Position numbers and translations under genes: made by a program. A DNA stretch of 64,000 bases, from positions 13,804 through 77,803 of the forward strand of contig DOSJ01000022.1 of NCBI GenBank assembly GCA_003514005.1. Reading direction: 5' to 3'. The stretch is from Candidatus Falkowbacteria bacterium. GTDB lineage: Bacteria > Patescibacteriota > Patescibacteriia > Patescibacteriales > UBA12075. Within the stretch, counting starts at the first letter, position 1, and every line of letters begins with the position of its first letter. Positions 1 to 8,663 of the stretch are shown here, piece by piece. The notes beneath the pieces were generated by a model. That model had not been told where the DNA came from. It searched no databases and saw only the letters and a program-made list of their open reading frames with translations.

Positions 1-141
1 TCTTGATAAATAAGCATCCGGAGCACAATATGTTTCTGAGTGTTTTTTTCCCAAATTTAAAAGCCAATCTATTCTTTCATTGATAGGCATATTGTATATA
101 TCTGCTTCTCTGGCATCAATATAGCGATTAATATCTTTCAT
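1..141 (-). CDS. N-terminal part of a protein running off the window; resembles CsoSCA-like (carboxysome-type) carbonic anhydrase homologues
   Basis: Hand-translated from ATG at 141: MKDINRYIDAREADIYNMPINERIDWLLNLGKKHSETYCAPDAYLSR, open to base 1. The RIDWL...HS...C.P...L.R pattern recalls the N-terminus of CsoSCA-like proteins. Catalytic motifs would lie outside the window. Confidence 0.4.
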   Translation of the reverse strand, partial: MKDINRYIDAREADIYNMPINERIDWLLNLGKKHSETYCAPDAYLSR

Positions 142-161
142 ATATTTTTTAATTAAATAAT

Positions 162-770
162 CTATTTCATCATTTCCCTGACAGCCGGCAAAAGGCAAGC
201 AGTCTGAGCGGCACAATCGTTTGGACGACTGATGGTCGTACGCGCGGTACATAATCGCTCTTCTGTTGTCCATGTTCCGCAGATTTCGAGACAGCTAGCA
301 TAAGCATCGTCCAAATCAGCCAGCGTTACATCATCGCCGTAGCTCGCACAAGTGGCATAGTTGCGGCAAGCCTCGTCGCAACTGCCTGCCGTTTTTTTAT
401 CTACTGCCGCGGGCTCACCCTCCTCTGCCGTTTCCATGCAATAAGGGGCACTACTGAAAAACTGAGCGCATTCATCGGCATCGGTAACACAACCAATAGT
501 CTTCTCATCCCACTCAGCTTCGCACATAAGCTGACAGCTCAGGGGATCCATAATCGATTCGTCCAAACTTTGTCCGGAAACGGTATAATCCTCTATTTCC
601 GTTTTACACAACTCGGGTATTATCCGCTCGCACATAGTACCACATATCTGCGCCTGTGTCGACTCAAAAGCCGGAGCAGACGGCGCGGGTGTCGATATGC
701 CAGGATTCTTTGCGGCACAGCCAGAAAGAGCGGCCGCGCACAAAAACAAAAAGATAATTGATTTTTTCAT
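162..770 (-). CDS. Cysteine-rich lipoprotein with two internal Cys-rich repeats
   Basis: Lipobox (AALSGC). Two units with CxxxC..C and CxxxC...W.....C spacing (CGTMC/CQLMC/WDEKTIGC and CDEAC/CLEIC/WTTEERLC). Confidence 0.75.
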   Translation of the reverse strand: MKKSIIFLFLCAAALSGCAAKNPGISTPAPSAPAFESTQAQICGTMCERIIPELCKTEIEDYTVSGQSLDESIMDPLSCQLMCEAEWDEKTIGCVTDADECAQFFSSAPYCMETAEEGEPAAVDKKTAGSCDEACRNYATCASYGDDVTLADLDDAYASCLEICGTWTTEERLCTARTTISRPNDCAAQTACLLPAVREMMK

Positions 771-819
771 ATTGATTTTAAATTAATTCAACTTTTATTA
801 TTTTGAATTAGTGCAAATC

Positions 820-1278
820 CTAAAATTCAACAATACTATTAACTGCCAAAACCACACCTGCTCCCAAAAGGCATCCGGCCATTTTGCCTACTGCTGATTT
901 TAGCATGGTTCTTTCTTCGGGTATAAATCTTTCTCTTAGTTTTTCGGCCATATGCCCTTCAAATATCCCGGCAATCCCGTCCGTAATCGCATTGCCCACA
1001 ACTCCGCCGATAATCGCACCCGCGACCCCGCCAAAATGTCCGCCAAATATCGCCAAAATCGCCAGGATACCATTATCGATCAATCCGAAAAAAATATCCG
1101 GCAATACTGTTTTTAATTTTACCTTGAATGGAATAAGTGAAGCAAGGCAAAGTCCGGCTAATGCGATCAAAACCAAACCGATCCAATTCGCGTTACTTAC
1201 AAAAAAAATACTGACAGCGGCAATCACAATGCACAATGTCAATACGTTTAACATAGCGATTAAAAATTTTTTGTTCAT
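820..1278 (-). CDS. Small Gly-rich membrane protein, TMEM65/VIT-like
   Basis: Several TM helices with FFGLIDNGIL and GGVVGNAITDGIAG motifs, matching the FGxxDN / GNxxSD pattern of TMEM65-like proteins. Confidence 0.6.
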   Translation of the reverse strand: MNKKFLIAMLNVLTLCIVIAAVSIFFVSNANWIGLVLIALAGLCLASLIPFKVKLKTVLPDIFFGLIDNGILAILAIFGGHFGGVAGAIIGGVVGNAITDGIAGIFEGHMAEKLRERFIPEERTMLKSAVGKMAGCLLGAGVVLAVNSIVEF

Positions 1279-1346
1279 AGGTTGTTTTTATACTTCAATT
1301 AAATTTAATTGTGTAATATATTTTTTTTATCACGCAAAACTGAAAA

Positions 1347-2552
1347 TTATTTAAATAAGCGCCGCAAATTCAGTTTACGATCGTATTCCAATATGCCATA
1401 ACGAAAAGCCTGCGTAGCAATAAAAAGCGAGGCAATACTGCTGACAGCGAGAATGGCCATACCGATCGCAATCTCCCAGGGCAATAAATTGCCAGCGGCA
1501 TTGCGGAGCATAAGCGTAATTGGCGCGCTGAGCGGAAAAAAGCTGAGTACTTTTACGATTAGCTGTGAAGGATCCGTAAAAATCGCTGATGCCGCATAGA
1601 GCGGAATGAACATAAAAAACATGGCAATGCCAAAAAAACTGCTAGCCTCCTTTGCGGTCGGCACTACCGCGCCGATGGTTACAAGCATGCCCGTAAAAAG
1701 CAAAAAAGAAAATATAAACAAACCGGCACCATCCAAAAGGCGGACAGGATCAATTACCAATTCCGCCAAATTGATTTGTGGAAAATTCAATTTGTCCCGA
1801 AAGAATATAAATCCAATCACCACCGGCAAAGACATTACGGAAATTTGCACAACTCCGACCATAACCATCGCCAAAATTTTCCCGATAATCAAACTACCGG
1901 CATCAACCGATGTCAGGATAATTTCTATCACTCGATTTTCCTTTTCTTCTGTCGTACTGGTAAGCATGTGATTGCCGAGCAGTATTATAACAAGATAAAA
2001 AAGCACCAAAAAAGCGCCAGGTACGAAAACCTGTTCAATCCCCTGCGCCTGCGCTCCATCTTTGTAGGCCACGAGTTTGGCCACCGGTTCGGTCTGCAAG
2101 ATAGCCGCAACTTCCGGGGAATTCAATCCGCCGATGATGCTGGATTTTAGAAGCTGACGGGCAAAGCCGGTGTACTTGCTATTCTTGACCAAGCCAACAT
2201 CTCGGCCAAATACTTCGATTGTTTCTGAAGAAGGGTTGCTTGGAAAAAATATGAATGAATCAAGCTCCCCGTCTTTGACCATCCGTATGCCTTCTTCTTT
2301 GTCTTTTAACTGCTGAATCTTGCCGGAATCAAAAATGCTTTTTTCAATAAAACCGGATTCATCCAATACGGCCACGCTAAACTCTTCGGCTTTTGTTTTT
2401 TCCTGATTTTCTGAAGCGGATTTACTGGAAAAATAAATAATCGTAAAGACCAGCGCCACTACGACCGGAACGGCCAAAACGCTTAGCCAAAATGTTTTTT
2501 TCTTGACGGTTCTGACAAATTCAAAAACCATCACAGTTCTCAGATTATGCAT
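1347..2552 (-). CDS. ABC-2 type exporter permease (NatB/YhaP-like)
   Basis: EEKENRVIEIILTSV motif, N-terminal TM plus extracellular loop plus 5 C-terminal TMs. Start moved to ATG 2552, 6 nt after AGGAGG; overlaps the upstream ATPase. Confidence 0.9.
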   Translation of the reverse strand: MHNLRTVMVFEFVRTVKKKTFWLSVLAVPVVVALVFTIIYFSSKSASENQEKTKAEEFSVAVLDESGFIEKSIFDSGKIQQLKDKEEGIRMVKDGELDSFIFFPSNPSSETIEVFGRDVGLVKNSKYTGFARQLLKSSIIGGLNSPEVAAILQTEPVAKLVAYKDGAQAQGIEQVFVPGAFLVLFYLVIILLGNHMLTSTTEEKENRVIEIILTSVDAGSLIIGKILAMVMVGVVQISVMSLPVVIGFIFFRDKLNFPQINLAELVIDPVRLLDGAGLFIFSFLLFTGMLVTIGAVVPTAKEASSFFGIAMFFMFIPLYAASAIFTDPSQLIVKVLSFFPLSAPITLMLRNAAGNLLPWEIAIGMAILAVSSIASLFIATQAFRYGILEYDRKLNLRRLFK

Positions 2553-3471
2553 AAACATCCTCCTTTCCTTCTTTGCGGTAAATCTGTACAAAAATATCAT
2601 CCAGCTTTGCCTGCTCGACATGAAATCCGCTTACCTTGAGCCCGTCCTGTGCTCCCAGATAAGAAAAAATTTCATCAACGGCTACTCCATCCTTTGGCGC
2701 CAATTCCGCGCTTTGAGACGTATTATTTATAATCGTAAACAAAATATCATTGGGTTTTAACGAACCGGCATACTCCACGATAATACTGTTCTTCCCATAC
2801 TGGCGTTTGATTTCCGGCACGGATCCATACAAGCGGCGTTTGCCATCTTTGAGCAATAGCAGTCGGGTGCAAAGCTTTTCCACTTCCTCCATCTGATGCG
2901 TAACCAAAATTACAGTCGAACCCTTGGCAACTAATTCCTGAATAATATCCATCATCAACCTACGGTTCACAGGGTCAAAGCCTTTGGTTGGCTCATCCAA
3001 AATAAGCAGTTTGGGATCGTTCATAATAGTTACCCCAAGCTGGACTTTTTGCTGTTGTCCGCCCGATAGCTTACCCAAAACCTGCCCCGCGCTATCAATT
3101 AGCTCTACTCTTTCCAGATATTTTTCCGCCCATTCCTTGGCCTCTTTACGACGCAAACCTTTGAGCTGTCCGAAATATACCATTGTATCCAAAACAGTTT
3201 CTTTTTTGTAAAGCCCGCGCTCCTCCGGCAGATACCCCAAAGAACCGGACATTTCCGGCAAAAAGCGTTTGCCGTCAATCAATAGCTCGCCAGCCGTCGG
3301 CTGATAAATATCCAAAAGCGCCCGGATGGTAGTCGTCTTGCCCGACCCATTGGACCCCAAAAGCCCAAAAACCTCGCCTTTTTCCACCTCAAAAGACAAA
3401 TCCTCAATAATGGTTTTTTCCCCAAAGCGCATTTGGAAATTTTTGACTGATACGATTTTTGTATTTTCCAT
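2545..3471 (-). CDS. ABC transporter ATP-binding protein (NatA/YhaQ-like)
   Basis: Walker A GSNGSGKTT, signature LSGGQQQK, Walker B LLILDEP, H-loop VTH. Confidence 0.95.
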   Translation of the reverse strand: MENTKIVSVKNFQMRFGEKTIIEDLSFEVEKGEVFGLLGSNGSGKTTTIRALLDIYQPTAGELLIDGKRFLPEMSGSLGYLPEERGLYKKETVLDTMVYFGQLKGLRRKEAKEWAEKYLERVELIDSAGQVLGKLSGGQQQKVQLGVTIMNDPKLLILDEPTKGFDPVNRRLMMDIIQELVAKGSTVILVTHQMEEVEKLCTRLLLLKDGKRRLYGSVPEIKRQYGKNSIIVEYAGSLKPNDILFTIINNTSQSAELAPKDGVAVDEIFSYLGAQDGLKVSGFHVEQAKLDDIFVQIYRKEGKEDVYA

Positions 3472-3600
3472 AATTATATTTTAGCAAAATTTTCTATAAT
3501 AATCCAGTAAAATACGAAAGTAAAAATACTAACTTTTCACTAAACGCAATTTTAGCACTAAAAAAATTACAGCAAATTCGTGCTGTAATTCTTAAATTTA

Positions 3601-3906
3601 CTATTCTTCTTTCACATCGCTCCACATCGATTTCAAGGCGTTTACTAAGGTTTTTTTCGATTCACTATTAATCTCTTTTCTTCTGGCATATTCCTCTACT
3701 ATTTTAGTAACCAATTCATCAAAATCTTCTTTTGTTACGTCATGAAGTTTGTTAAGGTTTTCTTTTAAGCGCCTCGCCATCGGCTCAAGATCTTTTTTTA
3801 ATTTTTTTGCAAGATTTCGCCCTTCTTTGCTAACGCCAAATCCCGCTACAAAAGCGGCAGTTATCAATCCGCCAAGAATAAGGCCTTTTGTAAATTTGTT
3901 ATCCAT
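3601..3906 (-). CDS. YtxH-like membrane-anchored small protein
   Basis: N-terminal hydrophobic helix (KFTKGLILGGLITAAF..SKEGRNLAKKLK) followed by charged helices. Confidence 0.6.
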   Translation of the reverse strand: MDNKFTKGLILGGLITAAFVAGFGVSKEGRNLAKKLKKDLEPMARRLKENLNKLHDVTKEDFDELVTKIVEEYARRKEINSESKKTLVNALKSMWSDVKEE

Positions 3907-4344
3907 ATATATATAATTTAGTTAATAAATAAGCGCGTTTATTTCAATTAAAATTATTAATTTCTATACTATTATCTTACACCTAAATTATTAAGATATT
4001 ATTAAGAATAATTAAAAAAATATATTAATTCGGATTTTTTTGGTTGGAGTTTTTTAAAGAGTGAAAATCACATTGCCTTTTTTAATTTTGTCTAATCTAA
4101 AATCAAATCACCTAATTTTATATCTCAAATATACGCAGTTTTAGCTCAACTTTTATCAAATATTTATCATCTTTGAAAATTAACCTTTCTATTTCCCCTA
4201 ACCGAAACACTTCTGGTTGGTTGTATTTTGTACAGATTATTGCTTTTATTTTATTATAGTGCCTCTGAAAATGTAAAAACCTGAATTGTTAGTTTTCCTT
4301 AGACTACCAGTTCAGTATATCTAGGGCTAATCATTCTACCTTTT

Positions 4345-5319
4345 TCATTTAGACATAGTAATAAAATATTTTTCCGCCCTCTTATTCCACTGTTTATCAT
4401 TAAACACATTTTTATGTGGGTCTCTTATGGTAATAGGCGAATAACCTTTCACACCCAAACTGTTTTTGTCCACGAGGTAAATATAGTATTCATCCCGCTT
4501 GATTCTAGCGACATCTATCTCGTTTCTTGACCAATAAAAACTCGGCTCTCCCGTATAACATTTTACTTCAATAAATCTATTGGGGATACCGGATTCTGGT
4601 GATTCAAATGAGACGATATCATATCCAGCTGATACGTCATAATCAGATATTTTTTCAATTTCCATATTCTTAGATCCACCCAATCTATCCTTTTCAAATT
4701 CTAATACATAATTTTCTGCTAACTCGCCATTTAGTCTCTTTTCTTCAAGTTGATTATGTAAATTATCAAGGCCGATTTTTCTCCCTTTAATTTCGGGTAA
4801 TACCAATAAGTCAAAAAATCTTCTGTATTTTGCATTTACAATCAATTTATTTATCTTCAAATCAGGGTGTGGAAACAATAATCGAAAATCTATCAAAAGC
4901 TGTTTAAAATTTGAATATTTCAATCGAAAAGCAGAATTTTTTATTTGTATATACCTATATACTATATCATATGAAATATTCTCAGATATAAAAATTTCAT
5001 CAAAAGTTGGGTCATATTTTAGCTCTAAAAATAATCGTTCCAGTATTTTACAACAAATATATTCCTCACTTCTTAAGTACTTGGAAAAAGTTTCATCAAA
5101 ACACAATCCGCCTCCTTGCTCCAATTCAATTATTTTTATATATAGAAGGAATGGCAAACATCCATCAAAAACAACCCTGCCGTTAATTAAGCGGTTTTTA
5201 AAATATCCCTCAACTCCCTCGACATTCCATTTTCCTTTTCGCGATTTAAATTGGTCGAACAATTCCCAAAAGTAGTTAGGAGTACCAAGGTTATCATATT
5301 TACTGAGTTCTTTTAGCAT
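4345..5319 (-). CDS. DUF3883 (NOV C-terminal) PD-(D/E)xK nuclease domain protein
   Basis: C-terminal GELAENYVLEFEKDRL...AGYDIVSF...RFIEVK...WSRNEI motif set. Overlaps the helicase stop codon. Confidence 0.85.
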   Translation of the reverse strand: MLKELSKYDNLGTPNYFWELFDQFKSRKGKWNVEGVEGYFKNRLINGRVVFDGCLPFLLYIKIIELEQGGGLCFDETFSKYLRSEEYICCKILERLFLELKYDPTFDEIFISENISYDIVYRYIQIKNSAFRLKYSNFKQLLIDFRLLFPHPDLKINKLIVNAKYRRFFDLLVLPEIKGRKIGLDNLHNQLEEKRLNGELAENYVLEFEKDRLGGSKNMEIEKISDYDVSAGYDIVSFESPESGIPNRFIEVKCYTGEPSFYWSRNEIDVARIKRDEYYIYLVDKNSLGVKGYSPITIRDPHKNVFNDKQWNKRAEKYFITMSK

Positions 5320-7273
5320 AATCGTCCAATAAGGCCTTGATTAAATCCGTTTCATCAGAATCATCTATACGGGAAAAAAGCGGTATCTCCTCATCAATAA
5401 TCCTTTCCATTCTTTCTACTTTAATGTTAAGTTGCTGGTTTATCACATCATCGACCGAATCCTTCGATAATATGTAATAATAATTCGTTACCTGGCCTTC
5501 GGATAATCCTACCCTATGTATCCTATCTTTCGACTGCAAAAAATTAGAACAGTTGTAATCTCTTTCCATATACACCGCATTATGGCAACCTTTATGCAAA
5601 GAAATCGATTCAGCGACTGCGAAAGGATTTGCAATGACTACTTTAAAATCATTATTAGCCTGATCGTTAAATTTTTTTATGACCGCTTCGCGTTCAATTT
5701 GATCGACTTCCCCAATCAATAATCTGGATTCAATTCCCTTACTCGACAAGAAATCTTTAAACTCTTTTGCGTTTTGAACGAATATCGTCCAAATCAAAAC
5801 CTTTTCATTCCGTTTAATTTTCTCTTTCAATAATTCTAAAATACCGATGAATTTGCTCGGAACCTCTGATTTTATGTAGCTTTTTATTTTAGATAATATT
5901 TGTGAATCATCCTGAAATTCTTCTGGCATTAATTTTCCCGAGACGGTTCTTCCGCTATAATCATCAATTTCAAGAGTATCCTCAATCGGTCTCACAAGTA
6001 ATGAGGGGTTTGTTGAGGCTTGGCGGAGTCTTATTAATTTTGCTTTATTCAAAATATCTTTCACGGTAGCGGAACCATTTTTTTGAAAAGATTTTATATA
6101 TTTCGTTTCGATGAAATCATATATCTCCCTTTGCTGTTTTCCCATCTCGAAGTATATCGTTTTCTCATTTACCGGTGGCAATTTTAAATCAGATTTTTTT
6201 ATCCTGATAAAATATGGGGATATATTTTCAGTAAATCTTTTGACTCTTTCGTTATCAGGAGAACTATTTTTTGTCATATCGACGAGATTTCCATAATGAA
6301 ATTTCAAGATGTCCTTAAATTTAAAAGGATATATGAATTGAAACAGGTTGAATAAATCTTCATATCCATTAGGAACGGGTGTGCCCGTTAATATTACCCT
6401 TGACTTTGCTTCTTTTGCTATATTGATAACACTTTTACCCCAAACGCCTTCAGGATTTTTAATCCGATGGGCTTCATCTACAACCACCATGGTTTTATTT
6501 TTTCTTAGAAAATCAACAATCTCGTTTTGCAATCCATCGACCCCTCCATGGTAGATCAATGTAATCTCGGATGGGAAATACAAATGTTGCTCTTTTTGGC
6601 TCCTGGATACACTGCTATCCCCCGAAAGTCTTTGTGCTTCCGCCTTTTTACCAAAACATTCCTGATATTCATTTTCCCAAGGGGCGAATGAAGACAATGG
6701 GCCAATGACCATAAGTTTGTCTACATGCCTCGGATGATTAATGGGTAAATTTTTTAAATATGCGTAAGCTCCATATACTATCGATGTTTTGCCCGCGCCT
6801 GGCACCGCGAAGTTGCATGCGTTCTGCGCGAAGGCCAAATGGTAAGATGATAATAATTGTAATGGATATAATCTCCTGACTAATTTATTCTTTACAACGG
6901 ATTGAAAGTCATCAAAATCCGAAACGAATTCAGGATTATTTTCAAACTCGTTATTCCTTATTTTTTTTGCTTTTTGCGAAAATTCCTCGAAGTGTTCTTG
7001 CTCCCGATGATAACTATCCATGGCTTTTTGTGTATCGACAGACAAGCTCTCCTTTAAACCGAACTTTACAAACAATTCATTTATTTCTTGCAAAACTTCA
7101 ATCTCTCTGCCTTCTTCGTAGGGCACATGCAAAAGTCCATCTTCCGATTTATAATTCAGACGTTTAAACGAAAACAGGAGCCTTCTATTGGTTAAAATAC
7201 CATCGATTCCGCCCCTGATAATATAGCGCAAATTTTCTGCGTCTAAATGTACTTCGATTCTTTTATCATTCAT
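5300..7273 (-). CDS. SNF2-family (SF2) helicase/ATPase
   Basis: Walker A PGAGKT, DEAH, LTGTPVPN, RLRQ, motif VI QSKDRIHRVG. Confidence 0.92.
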   Translation of the reverse strand: MNDKRIEVHLDAENLRYIIRGGIDGILTNRRLLFSFKRLNYKSEDGLLHVPYEEGREIEVLQEINELFVKFGLKESLSVDTQKAMDSYHREQEHFEEFSQKAKKIRNNEFENNPEFVSDFDDFQSVVKNKLVRRLYPLQLLSSYHLAFAQNACNFAVPGAGKTSIVYGAYAYLKNLPINHPRHVDKLMVIGPLSSFAPWENEYQECFGKKAEAQRLSGDSSVSRSQKEQHLYFPSEITLIYHGGVDGLQNEIVDFLRKNKTMVVVDEAHRIKNPEGVWGKSVINIAKEAKSRVILTGTPVPNGYEDLFNLFQFIYPFKFKDILKFHYGNLVDMTKNSSPDNERVKRFTENISPYFIRIKKSDLKLPPVNEKTIYFEMGKQQREIYDFIETKYIKSFQKNGSATVKDILNKAKLIRLRQASTNPSLLVRPIEDTLEIDDYSGRTVSGKLMPEEFQDDSQILSKIKSYIKSEVPSKFIGILELLKEKIKRNEKVLIWTIFVQNAKEFKDFLSSKGIESRLLIGEVDQIEREAVIKKFNDQANNDFKVVIANPFAVAESISLHKGCHNAVYMERDYNCSNFLQSKDRIHRVGLSEGQVTNYYYILSKDSVDDVINQQLNIKVERMERIIDEEIPLFSRIDDSDETDLIKALLDDYAKRTQ

Positions 7274-7279
7274 AATTTT

Positions 7280-8653
7280 CTACCCTCCAAGACCCTTTTT
7301 TATATCAAACAAAATTTTGTTTATATCTCTTATTTTTTCAAGAATTGCATCGGATTGCTTTGATTCTTTTTTGATATTGAGTCTTTCTAACAAATAAATT
7401 ACATGGTCTAACGTGTTCTCCGGAGATTTGTCTCCGAGCATATTAGTGGTCATATTATTTAAATCCAATACCACTTTCATGACTTCCGGTTCTGCAAACG
7501 CTTTATGCCTTTGATTGATTGACTCAAGTGCATTTTTGGCCGAATTCACCAGTTTTGCCGGCTCATCGGCCGCTTGTCTATTTCTAAGTTGTTGTTGGTG
7601 GACTTCGATATTATCATTTAGTAATCCAATGGCTTCTTTCGCATACTTTTCGTCCCTACCATTCAAATGGGCTTCTAACTTCTCTGAATCATAATCAATT
7701 TTTTCTTCTTTCTCTTTTATGGGTTCAACATTTTCAAAATGAAAATCCTTAAAATTTTTCCATATTTTTTCATCTCCAAAAAAATGATTTTTTTTCCGAC
7801 CATAAGCGATGTTCCTGAATTTTTTACCTTCGTACTTTGCCCGAATGTAATCGAAAGAAATCATTATCAAATCATCAACATCACTCGGTTTATACCCGTC
7901 AAAGGCGTCCGCGCTATCTTTCGATCCGTTAGTAAATTTTTTCAGTAAATTCGTAAGATCAACAAACTGCCCCTCTCTGTCGTCCAATTGCGTATATATA
8001 CCGTTATACTCCAAATAATCTAAATAATCATCCATGATTTCCATTATATCAAGCCAACTCTTTACCGTCGGTTCGGTTTCCCCCATCCAGTCGGCAATCT
8101 TATCGATAGAAACCCCGCGCTGACGCAACCCTTTGACTTTAAGATATTTTTCGGTAGCGTTATAAGATAGCTTCTCATCTTCTCCCATCTGAAAAGATGT
8201 TTCGAGCTTTTCAATTTCAATCGGGTTTTCCTCAAGCGTAACAGGCAACACTACCGCCTTAAAATAATCACACTTTGCCACTCGCAACAACATCGCCCTT
8301 CTATTTCCATCGATTATTATCCCGTCCCTGGTGACAATTCCTATTTTTTGTTGTCCTATTTTTTTCAAACTTTCCAAGGTTTTCTTATTCCTCCCTTCGT
8401 TTGACTCTAAAAGCAACTTTTCTATCAATTTGGTTCCCTCTTCAGTTTCTACATTAATCTCATATTTTTTTCTTTCCAACGATTTCGTCCTACTTAATAT
8501 ACGTCCGTTATATTTATTATAGACCAAGCAATCCAAAGGTATCTTAAACACATCCATTGATTCCAGTTTGTCTTGCCATGGAATCTCTTGATTTCCGAAA
8601 GGTTCTTGCTTTATCACCTCCCCAATTTTTTTTATTCGTGTTTCCTTGTCCAT
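7280..8653 (-). CDS. ParB/Srx-like N-terminal domain protein with HTH and helical C-terminus
   Basis: YNKYNGRI, IGQQKIGIVT, IIIDGNRR (ParB-type arginine patch), then HTH-like SIDKIADWMG. Confidence 0.8.
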   Translation of the reverse strand: MDKETRIKKIGEVIKQEPFGNQEIPWQDKLESMDVFKIPLDCLVYNKYNGRILSRTKSLERKKYEINVETEEGTKLIEKLLLESNEGRNKKTLESLKKIGQQKIGIVTRDGIIIDGNRRAMLLRVAKCDYFKAVVLPVTLEENPIEIEKLETSFQMGEDEKLSYNATEKYLKVKGLRQRGVSIDKIADWMGETEPTVKSWLDIMEIMDDYLDYLEYNGIYTQLDDREGQFVDLTNLLKKFTNGSKDSADAFDGYKPSDVDDLIMISFDYIRAKYEGKKFRNIAYGRKKNHFFGDEKIWKNFKDFHFENVEPIKEKEEKIDYDSEKLEAHLNGRDEKYAKEAIGLLNDNIEVHQQQLRNRQAADEPAKLVNSAKNALESINQRHKAFAEPEVMKVVLDLNNMTTNMLGDKSPENTLDHVIYLLERLNIKKESKQSDAILEKIRDINKILFDIKKGLGG

Positions 8654-8663
8654 AATTTTTAAA

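Noticed and set aside
7280-8653. Chromosome-partitioning parB
   Set aside because: No parA or parS nearby, 457-aa length, and embedded between a methylase and a helicase.
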